A program made the translations under genes and the position numbers. From Pseudomonadota bacterium (GTDB taxonomy: Bacteria; Pseudomonadota; Gammaproteobacteria; JBCCGL01): a stretch of DNA of 64,000 nt. Below, piece after piece: positions 1 to 9,502 of this stretch (positions are counted from its first letter, which is position 1; every line of letters begins with the position of its first letter). The stretch lies in the NCBI GenBank assembly GCA_039029275.1, contig JBCCGL010000010.1:61-64060 (forward strand). The letters are read 5' to 3'. The notes beneath the pieces are model-generated. The model saw nothing but the letters and a program-made list of their open reading frames with translations. It did no database searches and was not told the origin of the DNA.

Positions 1-465
1 GGCGAGCTCAGCTATCCGGATCAGGAACTCCGAGACGCCAGCACCGTGTCGCTCGGGGGCGGCCTGACGCAAAATGCAACCGGACGGTTCTCGGCTGTGT
101 ACTTCACCAGCGCGTTTATTGGTGCCGATGAAGCCGACGGCAGTTCAGTCGACGCCCGTCGCGCTGCAGAGCGCAACTTCGCCGGTTTGCAAGCGGGCGT
201 CCAGTTATCGATTACCTCTGGCATCCGCGTGGTAAATCGAATCTCGCTGGTAACCAGCCGTTACGACGAGGCGACCGCTTTAACCAGCGGCGACCGCAAG
301 CGCGACGACGATCTGGTTTTACTTAGCTCAAAGTTGGTGTGGTTGATCAACGAATCGTTTAGCGTGATTGGCACGCTTCGCTACAGCAACAATCAATCGA
401 ATATCGACGCGCTCGAATACGACGGTTTTTCCGGCGATGTGCGGGTACGATATGATCTCAACTAA
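1..465 (+). CDS. 3' portion of a gene continuing from upstream of the window; putative outer-membrane beta-barrel protein (C-terminal fragment)
   Basis: Frame 1 is open from nt 1 with no stop, so the CDS is 5'-partial. The sequence shows alternating hydrophobic/polar beta-strand pattern and ends '...DVRVRYDLN', which is OMP-like. Confidence 0.45.
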   Translation, partial: GELSYPDQELRDASTVSLGGGLTQNATGRFSAVYFTSAFIGADEADGSSVDARRAAERNFAGLQAGVQLSITSGIRVVNRISLVTSRYDEATALTSGDRKRDDDLVLLSSKLVWLINESFSVIGTLRYSNNQSNIDALEYDGFSGDVRVRYDLN

Positions 466-485
466 ATCAGGACTATGACTCCTGC

Positions 486-1862
486 ATGGGGGCTTTAATG
501 ATGCAACGGAAACGTATTAAGAGTCACATATTCGCAATCGGTGTCCTTATTGCCAGCCTTACGGGGTTTGCGGCGGTGGCTGACGAGAGGGTTGAAACCG
601 CTCGCAGCGACGGTGTCTGGCAAGTGCAGTCAGGCGACACACTTTATGGTATCGCGCGCAAACTGTACCCGAATGACGCCGGCACGCAGGCCAAGTTACG
701 ATCGGGCCTGTTGGTACTCAACCGTGAAGCTTTCGCGAATGGTGTGCCCGAAGGGCTCATTGTAGACAGCACGCTGAAGATGCCGGGGTTTGTAATTGAA
801 AAACTAGTTGACGCCAACCCCCTGCCTGAGCCCGCCGTTGAGGTCGCAATGGAGGAACCAGAGCCAGAACCGGTAGCGAACATTTCCGAGCCCGAACCAG
901 AAGCAGATTTTGTCGGCAAGGTGATTTTTGCGCGAGGGCAAATGACCGCGCAGCAAACCGACGGCAAGGTGCGTTCTCTGAGTCGTAACAGCGCGATTTA
1001 CGAAGGTGACAAGATCACCACGCCTGACCGAGGCTTTGGGCAATTACAGCTAACCGATGGAGCCTTGTTGGCGATCCGACCCGATAGCCAGTTGGAGATT
1101 GAGGAATTTACCTACAATGGCGCGCAGGATGGAACCGAAAGCAGTATTTTGCGCTTGATCAGAGGCGGGTTTCGCACAATCACCGGCGCCGTTGGTAAAA
1201 CCAACAAACGCAAATATCGTGTCACCACAACTGTCGCGACCCTCGGTATCCGCGGCACGCATTACGGTCTGCGACTATGCGATCCTCAATGTGAGTCACC
1301 CGACGGTGAGTCGCAAACCGGCTTGTTCGGAAGTGTCGTTGATGGTGCGATTTCGGTTACCAACGACAGCGGTGAATCGGTGTTCGAGAACGACGAGTAT
1401 TTTCGCGTGGTCAGCTTGCTGGATACGCCGGAGGGGCTGTTAGAACCACCTGGGGTTGTTTTTGACGGCGCGGAAACCGCCTCGAGCACACCCCTTAGTG
1501 ACGATCAAAAAGCCGCTTTGGAAAAGTCGAACAGCATTCTAACGATCAATCACGCTGAGTCATCGGACTTGACTGACTCCAGTGTAGACGCGGTCTACGC
1601 TGGGATACGCATCGAACAAAATCTACCGGGTGGTTCGATGGAAGACGAAATGGAGCCAACTCCAGACCCAATGGATCCTCCGACAGATCCGGTTGATCCG
1701 GTAGAAGAGCCGCCGGTTGATCCGGTGGATCCTCCTGAGGACATTCCCACTGACCCCGTTGATGACATACCCACAGATATAGACAACGATATACCGACCG
1801 ATATAGAAAATGACATTCCAACCGATATCGAAAACGATATACCGACCGACCCGCAGGAATGA
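486..1862 (+). CDS. secreted LysM + FecR-domain protein with acidic Pro/Asp-rich C-terminal repeats
   Basis: N-terminal signal peptide. LysM-like segment 'WQVQSGDTLYGIARKLYPNDAG'. FecR-like segment 'VIFARGQMTAQQTDGKVRSLSRNSAIYEGDKITTPDRGFGQLQLTDGALLAIRPDSQLEI'. C-terminus carries 'DIPTDIEN' x4 and 'PVDP' repeats. Confidence 0.7.
   Translation: MGALMMQRKRIKSHIFAIGVLIASLTGFAAVADERVETARSDGVWQVQSGDTLYGIARKLYPNDAGTQAKLRSGLLVLNREAFANGVPEGLIVDSTLKMPGFVIEKLVDANPLPEPAVEVAMEEPEPEPVANISEPEPEADFVGKVIFARGQMTAQQTDGKVRSLSRNSAIYEGDKITTPDRGFGQLQLTDGALLAIRPDSQLEIEEFTYNGAQDGTESSILRLIRGGFRTITGAVGKTNKRKYRVTTTVATLGIRGTHYGLRLCDPQCESPDGESQTGLFGSVVDGAISVTNDSGESVFENDEYFRVVSLLDTPEGLLEPPGVVFDGAETASSTPLSDDQKAALEKSNSILTINHAESSDLTDSSVDAVYAGIRIEQNLPGGSMEDEMEPTPDPMDPPTDPVDPVEEPPVDPVDPPEDIPTDPVDDIPTDIDNDIPTDIENDIPTDIENDIPTDPQE
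1767..1858 (+). repeat. 24-nt tandem coding repeat (~4 units) encoding DIPTDI(D/E)N
   Basis: Reiterated units of the form 'gat ata ccg acc gat ata gaa aac' with synonymous variation, inside the 3' end of the FecR/LysM gene. Confidence 0.6.
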
Positions 1863-1930
1863 TTAGTCTTACTCGGGGACGCGTATTGTAAGTACTCGCG
1901 TCGTGTGTGAATGATCGCTTCGTGAACCTG

Positions 1931-1948
1931 CGCGCCTGCAAGGGCGCG
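1931..1948. terminator. GC hairpin (cgcgcc-tgcaag-ggcgcg) between convergent genes; possible bidirectional terminator
   Basis: 6-bp perfect GC stem with 6-nt loop. Lies between the stop at 1862 (+) and the stop at 1977 (-). A weak T-tract follows. Confidence 0.3.
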
Positions 1949-1976
1949 TATGCGGTCTTGAATTATCTCGCAAGTA

Positions 1977-2444
1977 CTACGACGGTCGCATTGCTGCGAG
2001 AATCTTGTCTTCAAGCTCGCCGCGAATAGCCAGAACCTCGCCAACTCGCGACAAATCTCTCGCTAACTGGCTAAAGTCGTCGTCGTCCAGACTGTCGTAT
2101 TTATCGTTGAAATCAATCAAATGGTCGGTGGTCTCGGCGATCGCGGGATAGACTTCATCGGCAACGCGTTTGACCGCGACGCGGCGCTCCTTGCCTTCGA
2201 TTATGCGCTGATAAACCTCAAAGTGTCCCAGCGCCGTGTAATCGACAAGAATCTGGCAAAACGATTGCAACTCACCCGGTTTAACCTGATGCTCTTCTTC
2301 ACCACGCTGGTCAAAAGAACTCAGGCCTGCCAGTGAACAAAAGCTCACCAGTACTTCTTGACGCTCCTCCAGAAGTTCGTCGATGGTATGGTTGATTCGT
2401 TGACGTCGCTCGTTTTCCTGTGAAAATTCCAATATTTGTCCCAT
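1977..2444 (-). CDS. rsd: Rsd/AlgQ family anti-sigma-70 factor (regulator of sigma D)
   Basis: 155 aa, acidic, length and N-terminal pattern typical of Rsd/AlgQ. Confidence 0.7.
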   Translation of the reverse strand: MGQILEFSQENERRQRINHTIDELLEERQEVLVSFCSLAGLSSFDQRGEEEHQVKPGELQSFCQILVDYTALGHFEVYQRIIEGKERRVAVKRVADEVYPAIAETTDHLIDFNDKYDSLDDDDFSQLARDLSRVGEVLAIRGELEDKILAAMRPS

Positions 2445-2559
2445 ATTGCCCCCTGTTGATAGTTAAGCTCTTAACGGGTAGTAGGCGTTGTTTTTGCCGC
2501 CATGGTGTCACTTTATTGTACTTTAATCTATGTCGGGCAAGTTCTATGCCAATAGCGGT

Positions 2560-3018
2560 TTAGAATTCTGGATCAAACAGTTTAATGATCAGCTCGGGCA
2601 GTAAATCCGGATGTATGTGCTCCTCACTGATGCAACGACCGCGCATCGACACCCCCGCGCTATGGACGGAATTTTGATCACCTGAGATCAAGGGATGCCA
2701 GTCACCGAGTGGTTGCTCTGTGTTCAATCGGCGATATGCACAAGTATTTGGTAACCAGTCAAACTTCTTACCCATGTCGTGGGTGACGTGAATACAGTCA
2801 GGCACTTTCTTGTCGCGGTTATCGTAGTCGGTGCAACGGCAGGTTCGCGTGTCCAGAAGATGACACGCCGCGCGTGTGAAAAAAAGCTCACCGCTGTCCT
2901 CATCCACCAGTTTGACCATGCAACAGCGCGCGCAGCCATCGCACAATGACTCCCACTCGTCTGCGTCCATTTCGGCGAGATTTTTGCGCTTCCAAAACGG
3001 TATCTCATCTGTGCTCAT
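2560..3018 (-). CDS. YcgN/UPF0260 family Cys-rich protein
   Basis: 152 aa with 'CDGCARCCMVKL' and 'CRCTDYDNRDKKVPDCIHV' Cys clusters characteristic of UPF0260 YcgN. Confidence 0.7.
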   Translation of the reverse strand: MSTDEIPFWKRKNLAEMDADEWESLCDGCARCCMVKLVDEDSGELFFTRAACHLLDTRTCRCTDYDNRDKKVPDCIHVTHDMGKKFDWLPNTCAYRRLNTEQPLGDWHPLISGDQNSVHSAGVSMRGRCISEEHIHPDLLPELIIKLFDPEF

Positions 3019-3027
3019 GGCGCGCCT

Positions 3028-3198
3028 TCAGATTTCAATCATTTCGAAGTCGTCTTTACTGGCGGCGCAGTCCGGGCACACCCACGAATCGGGGACATTT
3101 TCCCACAAGGTTCCAGGCGGAAGGCCTTCGTCGGGTGCACCCGTCTCCTCATCGTAAATCCAGCCGCATACCACGCACATGTATTTTTTGTACCCCAT
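3028..3198 (-). CDS. rubredoxin (56 aa). Not in the ORF track because it is under 60 aa
   Basis: Reverse-strand translation gives MGYKKYMCVVCGWIYDEETGAPDEGLPPGTLWENVPDSWVCPDCAASKDDFEMIEI. It has both canonical CxxCG...CPxCG iron-binding knuckles. Confidence 0.85.
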   Translation of the reverse strand: MGYKKYMCVVCGWIYDEETGAPDEGLPPGTLWENVPDSWVCPDCAASKDDFEMIEI

Positions 3199-3341
3199 TA
3201 CCCCCGATCCGTCCTGCGCAAGAATACGACTAGTCTAACGTCGCTTATTACGTGTGTGCATGCGTTTCTTTGCACTAATAATGTTCCGAATCTCACAGTA
3301 ACGTTAAACTACACCGCATTAAAAATCTGGAGATAAACAAT

Positions 3342-4625
3342 ATGAGTCGCTCGAGTGACCTCTGGCAACACGCACAGCAACATATCCCCGGCGGTGTCAA
3401 TTCTCCGGTACGTGCATTTGGCAGTGTGGGCGGCAGTCCTGTGTTTATCGAGCGCGCCGAGGGCGCTTACCTGTATGACGTCGACGGCAGGCGTTACATC
3501 GACTACGTCGGCTCCTGGGGACCCATGGTGTTGGGGCACGCACACCCTGAAGTGATCGAAGCGGTGCAGAAAACCGCGGTCAAGGGACTGAGTTTTGGAG
3601 CACCGACCGAGTTGGAAAACGCGCTGGCTGATCGCGTATGCGATTTGATGCCATCAATCGAGCAGGTGCGTATGGTCAATTCGGGTACTGAGGCGACGAT
3701 GTCTGCGATTCGCCTGGCGCGCGGGTTCACCGGTCGCGACCGCATTGTCAAATTTGAGGGCTGTTACCACGGTCATTCCGATGCCTTGCTGGTCAAGGCG
3801 GGCTCCGGTGCGCTGACATTAGGGGTGCCGAGTTCCCCGGGCGTCCCGGCGGCACTTGCCGAGCAAACCGTGACACTTGATTTCAATAACGCCGAAAACG
3901 TTAAAGACTATTTCGCGAGCAACGGTGATCAAATCGCTTGCGTGATTGTCGAACCCATCGCCGGAAATATGAACTGCGTGCCCCCAGCCGCGGAGTTTTT
4001 AAAAACTCTGCGAGCCGTGTGTGACCAATCGGGCGCTGTGCTGATTTTTGACGAAGTGATGACCGGTTTTCGTGTAGCGCTCGGTGGTGCCCAGGCGCAC
4101 TTCGGTGTCACGCCCGATCTCACCACGCTCGGCAAGGTAATCGGGGGCGGTATGCCGGTCGGTGCGTTTGGCGGCAGGCGCGACATCATGCAAGAACTCG
4201 CACCTGCCGGGCCTGTGTATCAGGCGGGCACATTATCTGGAAACCCGATCGCGATGATCGCGGGTTTGACAACGCTGAATCTGATCGCCAAACCGGGATT
4301 TTTTGAATCGCTAACTGACAAAACTACCCGTTTGCTGGATGGTCTTAAACAAGCGGCAAGCAATCACTCAATCGGGCTCACAACCAACCATGTCGGCGGT
4401 ATGTTCGGCGTATTCTTTAACGAAAAACCGGTGGCAAGTTTTGCCGAAGTCATGGCGAGCAATCTCGATCACTTCGGCCACTATTTTCGTTCGATGCTGA
4501 ATTCGGGTGTGTATCTGGCACCCTCTGCGTTTGAAGCCGGGTTTGTGTCTGCTGCGCACAGTCAAGACGATATCGATCAAACAGTTGCCGCCGCCAGTGA
4601 TGCGTTTGCCGCACTCGCAAAGTGA
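3342..4625 (+). CDS. hemL: glutamate-1-semialdehyde 2,1-aminomutase
   Basis: 427 aa, '[10 protein letters not shown]', PLP class-III aminotransferase fold, typical HemL N-terminus and length. Confidence 0.95.
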   Translation: MSRSSDLWQHAQQHIPGGVNSPVRAFGSVGGSPVFIERAEGAYLYDVDGRRYIDYVGSWGPMVLGHAHPEVIEAVQKTAVKGLSFGAPTELENALADRVCDLMPSIEQVRMVNSGTEATMSAIRLARGFTGRDRIVKFEGCYHGHSDALLVKAGSGALTLGVPSSPGVPAALAEQTVTLDFNNAENVKDYFASNGDQIACVIVEPIAGNMNCVPPAAEFLKTLRAVCDQSGAVLIFDEVMTGFRVALGGAQAHFGVTPDLTTLGKVIGGGMPVGAFGGRRDIMQELAPAGPVYQAGTLSGNPIAMIAGLTTLNLIAKPGFFESLTDKTTRLLDGLKQAASNHSIGLTTNHVGGMFGVFFNEKPVASFAEVMASNLDHFGHYFRSMLNSGVYLAPSAFEAGFVSAAHSQDDIDQTVAAASDAFAALAK

Positions 4626-4685
4626 TAGGTGTCTGGTCACCTGATCCGACAAGCGGGTTTGCGCCGAAGACGAGATTAAGTAATT

Positions 4686-5585
4686 ATGTTTGGCATGATC
4701 AAACACAGCACTATTTTATTCGCCGTATTTGTTTTACTGCACGCGAGCGCAGCCAGGGCAGAGTCAATCCCGATGTGTGAAAATGTCGAAGGCGTAAAAA
4801 CAAAGATTGCGCGCGCGATATTTACAACCAAAATCGAAAACCGTGAACCTGCGAATTCACTTGAGCAACTTCCCGATGGCGACGGACGGATTTATCTCTT
4901 CACCGAGGTTCGCAACGGGAAAGACACCCGCATTTCGCACGTGTGGTACCGCGGTGAAACCCGCATTGCGTTTGCTGATCTGAATATAGGATCGAGCCGC
5001 TGGCGAACCTGGTCGCGCGCAGCCGGATCGCTTACCGAAGGTGACACCATTCACGTTGATCTTGTCCACAACGAACAGTGTCTGCTCGCGCGCTACGTGT
5101 TGCCGGCAAGCGCAGAAGAAGCGGTCGAAAAAACTGAGCTTCAAGAGATCGATTCTCCGACCAGTGAAGCCACGGCAAGCACTGAAACAGTGAGCGAAGC
5201 TAATGAAACTGATTCACAACCCGAAGACGAAAAACCCAAAAAACTGAGCGCGCAAGACTATGCGGAGAGTGTGAGACGAGCCGCTTTATCTTATCGCAAC
5301 GCGCAGCATGCCAAGCTGGCGGGGGATTATGAGTTGGCAGAAGAACACCTCCAGGAAGCGCTTAACGCGATCCCGGAATCCAGCCCCTCGCGCGACGACA
5401 TTAGCGATGAATTGAACTTTCGCGTCCCGCTTCTTAGATTGGATTCGTACATTCTGGCACTGGATGCAAACGCCGCAAATAACGTTTATGAAAGCATTCT
5501 CAGCTATACCGAGCAACACAAGGACAAAACCAAACTGCAAGCACAGCTGCGCGAGTACAAGCTAAAAATGGATGCGATGGAATAG
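4686..5585 (+). CDS. secreted hypothetical protein (DUF2914-like N-domain, acidic linker, helical C-domain)
   Basis: Signal peptide 'ILFAVFVLLHASAARA'. Region 'RISHVWYRGETRIAFADLNIGSSRWRTWSR' resembles DUF2914. Acidic low-complexity middle. Confidence 0.45.
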   Translation: MFGMIKHSTILFAVFVLLHASAARAESIPMCENVEGVKTKIARAIFTTKIENREPANSLEQLPDGDGRIYLFTEVRNGKDTRISHVWYRGETRIAFADLNIGSSRWRTWSRAAGSLTEGDTIHVDLVHNEQCLLARYVLPASAEEAVEKTELQEIDSPTSEATASTETVSEANETDSQPEDEKPKKLSAQDYAESVRRAALSYRNAQHAKLAGDYELAEEHLQEALNAIPESSPSRDDISDELNFRVPLLRLDSYILALDANAANNVYESILSYTEQHKDKTKLQAQLREYKLKMDAME

Positions 5586-5609
5586 CGCCAAAGCGGCTTG
5601 AACTATTTG

Positions 5610-6341
5610 TTACTGTTGCGCGATTCGAATCGTTACACAAAGACCAACAGGTTTGGCCGCCGTCAGCGAAATCAATCCACCGTGGTTTTTAACAATCCGA
5701 CTCACTAGCCCCAACCCCGCACCGACCCCTGCTCGGTCTCGCTCGCCGTGTCGGAACATTTGCAACACATGGTCGTATTGAGTTGGGTCGATCCCGACTC
5801 CATTGTCGATAACCTGAAACACGGTCGAACCTTTATCTACTTCGGCCGCCAAAGTTATCTCCAACGGTCGATCATCTGATGCGAAACGAAGCGAATTCTC
5901 CACCAAATAAACGAGCATCTCGACCAGCTGATCTTTGTCCCCTGTTAACGTTGCTGATAACCGCGGTAATTCGAGTGTCACATCTGCCTCATCCAGAAGC
6001 GGCTTAACTTTGGAATAGAGATGGCTAAATATCTCGTCGCAACTCACATCTGGTCTCGTGCTAAACCCGTTGACCAGAACACCATAACGCGCAATTGCAT
6101 CGATTAAGCCGTCAATCCGCTTAAGAGATAAGTCAATGTAGTACTCCGACTCATCCTGTTGCTCGTTCCGTGCGTCGCCGAGAGACTCATACAAACGCTC
6201 CGAGAAATAGCGCAAGTGACGAACCGGTGCAGACAGATCGTGCGCCAGAATTTTAAGAAGCTGAGACAACTCCGGGTCAGATGCTGCTTGCGGATAGTCA
6301 GGTTTTGGTGGAGTGATGTTTTCCGGCTGCGCCATGGGCAT
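5610..6341 (-). CDS. soluble sensor histidine kinase (HisKA + HATPase_c), no adjacent response regulator
   Basis: H-box 'LAHDLSAPVRHL'. G-boxes 'DNGVGID' and 'GAGLGL'. No TM segments. Confidence 0.75.
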   Translation of the reverse strand: MPMAQPENITPPKPDYPQAASDPELSQLLKILAHDLSAPVRHLRYFSERLYESLGDARNEQQDESEYYIDLSLKRIDGLIDAIARYGVLVNGFSTRPDVSCDEIFSHLYSKVKPLLDEADVTLELPRLSATLTGDKDQLVEMLVYLVENSLRFASDDRPLEITLAAEVDKGSTVFQVIDNGVGIDPTQYDHVLQMFRHGERDRAGVGAGLGLVSRIVKNHGGLISLTAAKPVGLCVTIRIAQQ

Positions 6342-6491
6342 TGGTAGACACGAAAATCGTTAAAATGGGAGGCGATTGATCGCGCATTCGCCGTGACGAT
6401 CGTTATCTATATAGATTGGAAAACCGATATTTGCGACATGGAAAATGTCACTCGGTTGAAACAGTAAAACCTGTTTCTGAATTCCGCCTGC

Positions 6492-7502
6492 TCAGGCCGG
6501 GAAGAAATCGAGCGGAATGCGAACGGTTGTGTCGCGTACATCCTGAGCACCGAAGTCGATCAGCTTGATGCGCGCAACGAGTTTTCCCTCCAATGCGGGA
6601 TCTTCAAGATCAGACGCGACGACTTTTACTTCAACCACGGCACCGCTCTTGGCAATGGTGATGGCAAAAACGACCTTGCCTTCCAGTGCAGGGTTTTTAC
6701 GCAAAGCGCGATTATAGATGCGGTAAAACGCGCCCTTGTTACGCTCTATTGTGCGCTGGATTTCTTCTTCGTTGCGCAAGCCACCTGTGGTTTTTTTGGT
6801 CTGCTCTTTTTTGGCTGCTTGCTGTACGGCTTTGGTCGCGGTTTCGCTACTCACCTGGCTGGTTTCGCGCGCAGCAACCTGGACATCAGTTGTTTGCTTC
6901 TGAACGTTCTGCGTGCCAACGCCGCCGCTGCCGCTTGTGGTGGTCGATGTGACTGATCGCGTCGCGGTACCGCTTCCGGATTTTGCTGTGACAATGCTAG
7001 TCTGTCCACCGCTCGAAAGCGTATCCTGCTTCAAGGTCGTGAGGCTGCTGGTATCACGTAAATCACTGAGTGAATCGGATAACGCGAGCACGCCGATTTT
7101 CTTCACCTTTTCACGCGCGGCTTCTACCGCAGCCGTTTCAGTAACCGGCTCGGTTTCCGGTTGGGGTTCTACCGGCTCAGGTTCCTCTACTTTTTCTTCG
7201 ACCTTAGGCTCCTCCGGCTCCTCTTCCGGCACCGGCTCCTCTTCTACTTTTTCCTGCTCGACCGGCTCCGGCGGCGGTGGTGGTGGCGGTGCCTGTTTTT
7301 CTTCGATAATGCGTGCGAGACGCGGGGGCAATTCAACTACCTGTGTACGTTCGGGTTCCGGTAACTCGATAAACGGGATGATCAAACCGAACAACAAAAA
7401 TATGCCTAACAGAACAAGCAAAATACGCCAAAAGCGGCGCAGCTCCCCCAATAAGGGATCCCACGGTAACTGCGGTTGGTGAAAAGCGATGGTCGTCGCC
7501 AT
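6492..7502 (-). CDS. tonB: energy transducer TonB
   Basis: N-terminal TM anchor. Pro/Glu/Lys-rich spacer (PPPPPPPEPVEQEKVEEEPVPEE). C-terminal TonB domain '...ALEGKVVFAITIAKSGAVVEVKV'. Confidence 0.85.
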   Translation of the reverse strand: MATTIAFHQPQLPWDPLLGELRRFWRILLVLLGIFLLFGLIIPFIELPEPERTQVVELPPRLARIIEEKQAPPPPPPPEPVEQEKVEEEPVPEEEPEEPKVEEKVEEPEPVEPQPETEPVTETAAVEAAREKVKKIGVLALSDSLSDLRDTSSLTTLKQDTLSSGGQTSIVTAKSGSGTATRSVTSTTTSGSGGVGTQNVQKQTTDVQVAARETSQVSSETATKAVQQAAKKEQTKKTTGGLRNEEEIQRTIERNKGAFYRIYNRALRKNPALEGKVVFAITIAKSGAVVEVKVVASDLEDPALEGKLVARIKLIDFGAQDVRDTTVRIPLDFFPA

Positions 7503-8002
7503 TAAGACTCCACCGCCTTTTGCACGACGGATAGCGAAATCCGACTAAAGTCCGCCGCGGTACACGTGGTCATGATTTTTTTCAGCAGGCGAAATGGAAT
7601 TTCCTTATCGCCGGAAATGGTGATCTCGCGCCCGAGTTCCTCTTCGGCCGGGTTTCTGTATCGACGCAGCCCGGCAAGCACATCAAGCTCGGCCTTTAGT
7701 TCAGCCAGCACGCCGCCCTCAGTGGCCTGCGCCGTTTCGGTCGTCATCACTTTGCGATTTTGTACCAGAATTTCGTTCGCGGTTACCATGATCGTCACGG
7801 TTTCACGCGGTTTTTGCTGTGCAACGGACTCGGGCAGTTGAATCGCTTTGTTGTTTGAAACCTGCACCTCGGATGAATTCACCAAAAGAAAAAACACCAG
7901 AATGGTGAAGATGTCCATCAGCGATATCATGTTGAAACCGGGGTGCTTGCTGGCACGCTCATGGTTTCGTTGCATACGTTTTGTGCGACGCGTCTGTTTC
8001 AT
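7502..8002 (-). CDS. exbD: biopolymer transport protein ExbD/TolR (copy 2)
   Basis: 166 aa, single N-terminal TM 'ISLMDIFTILVFFLLV', ExbD periplasmic domain. Confidence 0.85.
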   Translation of the reverse strand: MKQTRRTKRMQRNHERASKHPGFNMISLMDIFTILVFFLLVNSSEVQVSNNKAIQLPESVAQQKPRETVTIMVTANEILVQNRKVMTTETAQATEGGVLAELKAELDVLAGLRRYRNPAEEELGREITISGDKEIPFRLLKKIMTTCTAADFSRISLSVVQKAVES

Positions 8003-8493
8003 TTTGCATCACCCGGCGGGGGCGCATCGCCGATCGAAATTGCTGGGAACAATTCACGAGAGACGCCATCACTGTGCGCAACGCGCATCGCGTCCATGAC
8101 GGTGACAAGAACGTCGTACTGGACGTCTTCCTCGAGCAAAACTCGCGCATCGAGCGTTTCGGGTGAGCGCGATTTAATTTTCACCAGTAACTCGTTTAGT
8201 GGTGCAACGGGATAAGTATCCCCCTCACGATCAAACGCCTTCACGAGCTTGTTCGCGGCAAACACCTGCAAACTCTGCTCACGCACGACGACCGCGAGGT
8301 CCAGTGATTGTTTGTCTTCTTCGACCTGCGCAGGCTCATCCCCGGAAGGCAAATTGAGTTCGAGAATTGTGATGCGCGAAAACACAGCCGTAATCAACAA
8401 AAACGGCACGAGCACCACCATCAAATTCATAAAGGCGGTGATATTGAGCTCGGCAGGCTCGCGACGGGATCGCAAGCGGCGGCGGATGCTCAT
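7999..8493 (-). CDS. exbD: biopolymer transport protein ExbD/TolR (copy 1)
   Basis: 164 aa, 'ITAFMNLMVVLVPFLLITAVF', 4-nt overlaps with flanking genes (operon). Confidence 0.85.
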   Translation of the reverse strand: MSIRRRLRSRREPAELNITAFMNLMVVLVPFLLITAVFSRITILELNLPSGDEPAQVEEDKQSLDLAVVVREQSLQVFAANKLVKAFDREGDTYPVAPLNELLVKIKSRSPETLDARVLLEEDVQYDVLVTVMDAMRVAHSDGVSRELFPAISIGDAPPPGDAK

Positions 8494-9167
8494 CTATTGG
8501 CGCCCTCGGTGGCGGCCTGCGAGGCGCTTTGGGCGCGCATACGACGGGTGACTGCATTCACGAATTTGACCGAAGCCATTTCCATGCTGTCAACGAGTTC
8601 CGTCGTCTTGGCCTGAATAACAGAGTGGATCAGCAGCAAGGGAATACCCACCATCAGTCCGAATGCGGTGGTGTTCATTGCAATTGAAATACTGGCCGAC
8701 AGCAAATTGGCTTTCTCTGACGGATCGGCTGCCGACACTGCGGTGAACGCCTCGATAAGACCCATAATCGTGCCGAGAAGGCCAAGCAGTGTGGCGATGT
8801 TTGCAAGCGTTGCGATGTAGTGCGTGCGCTTCTCGAGGCGAGGGATAATTTCCATAAGTCCTTCTTCCATCGCCATCTCGATATCACCAGCACGTCGCAA
8901 TGTGCGTGCGTTGTCGAGCCCGTAGCTGATCATTTTGGAAATCGCCGCTTTGGATTTACCGACAAAATTCGCAGCCTGCTGAAAACTTCCGTTCTCGAGC
9001 ATGGGGCCAACCTGTTTCCACGCACGGCTGTTACTCATCTTGGTGCCCGAGAGGTACAAATAGCGTTCAAGAGCAATGGCCAAACCAAATACCAGCACCA
9101 GTGCGATGAAGTACATAAACATTCCACCGGACTGGAAAAATCCGATAAATGACGTTAGAAAATCCAT
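8490..9167 (-). CDS. exbB: MotA/TolQ/ExbB proton-channel protein
   Basis: 225 aa, three TM segments, conserved C-terminal TolQ/ExbB core 'ISIAMNTTAFGLMVGIPLL'. Confidence 0.9.
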   Translation of the reverse strand: MDFLTSFIGFFQSGGMFMYFIALVLVFGLAIALERYLYLSGTKMSNSRAWKQVGPMLENGSFQQAANFVGKSKAAISKMISYGLDNARTLRRAGDIEMAMEEGLMEIIPRLEKRTHYIATLANIATLLGLLGTIMGLIEAFTAVSAADPSEKANLLSASISIAMNTTAFGLMVGIPLLLIHSVIQAKTTELVDSMEMASVKFVNAVTRRMRAQSASQAATEGANR

Positions 9168-9223
9168 GAATGGCTCCCGATTAATAATTCGGTAAACAAA
9201 TGATAGAAGATGACAACCCAGAC

Positions 9224-9502
9224 TTAGTTGCTATTCGCATCCGACAAAGGGTTCAGCTGACGATAGTAGCTCAACTCCCGACGAAACACATCGCGATCAA
9301 CCGGTGTTAGCGCATGCGACAAGACGCTGTCTTGAGGCCGACCGATCGACGAGCCCGGCAAGGCTTTCTTCCACGGCACGATGGTGATCGTTTTCGGTAG
9401 TTCGCGGTTGCCGATAATAGAGATACTGTCGAGCTCAAGCTCATCCTGTGCCGCGACCGAGGACGCCAGCAGCAGTCCCAGGGCAATTAGTCGATACTTC
9501 AT
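9224..9502 (-). CDS. small secreted hypothetical protein (92 aa) in TonB cluster
   Basis: Signal peptide 'LIALGLLLASSVAA'. 4-nt overlap with upstream TPR lipoprotein gene. Confidence 0.45.
   Translation of the reverse strand: MKYRLIALGLLLASSVAAQDELELDSISIIGNRELPKTITIVPWKKALPGSSIGRPQDSVLSHALTPVDRDVFRRELSYYRQLNPLSDANSN

Noticed and set aside
1595-2044. 149-aa reverse-strand ORF with 'SISVGMSFSISVG' repeats
   Set aside because: It is the antisense reading of the DIPTDIEN tandem repeat at the 3' end of the FecR/LysM gene. The repeat, not selection, keeps the frame open.
6913-7482. 189-aa forward ORF rich in Ser/Gly/Thr
   Set aside because: It is antisense to the low-complexity Pro/Glu/Thr/Ser region of tonB, so it is a spurious open frame.
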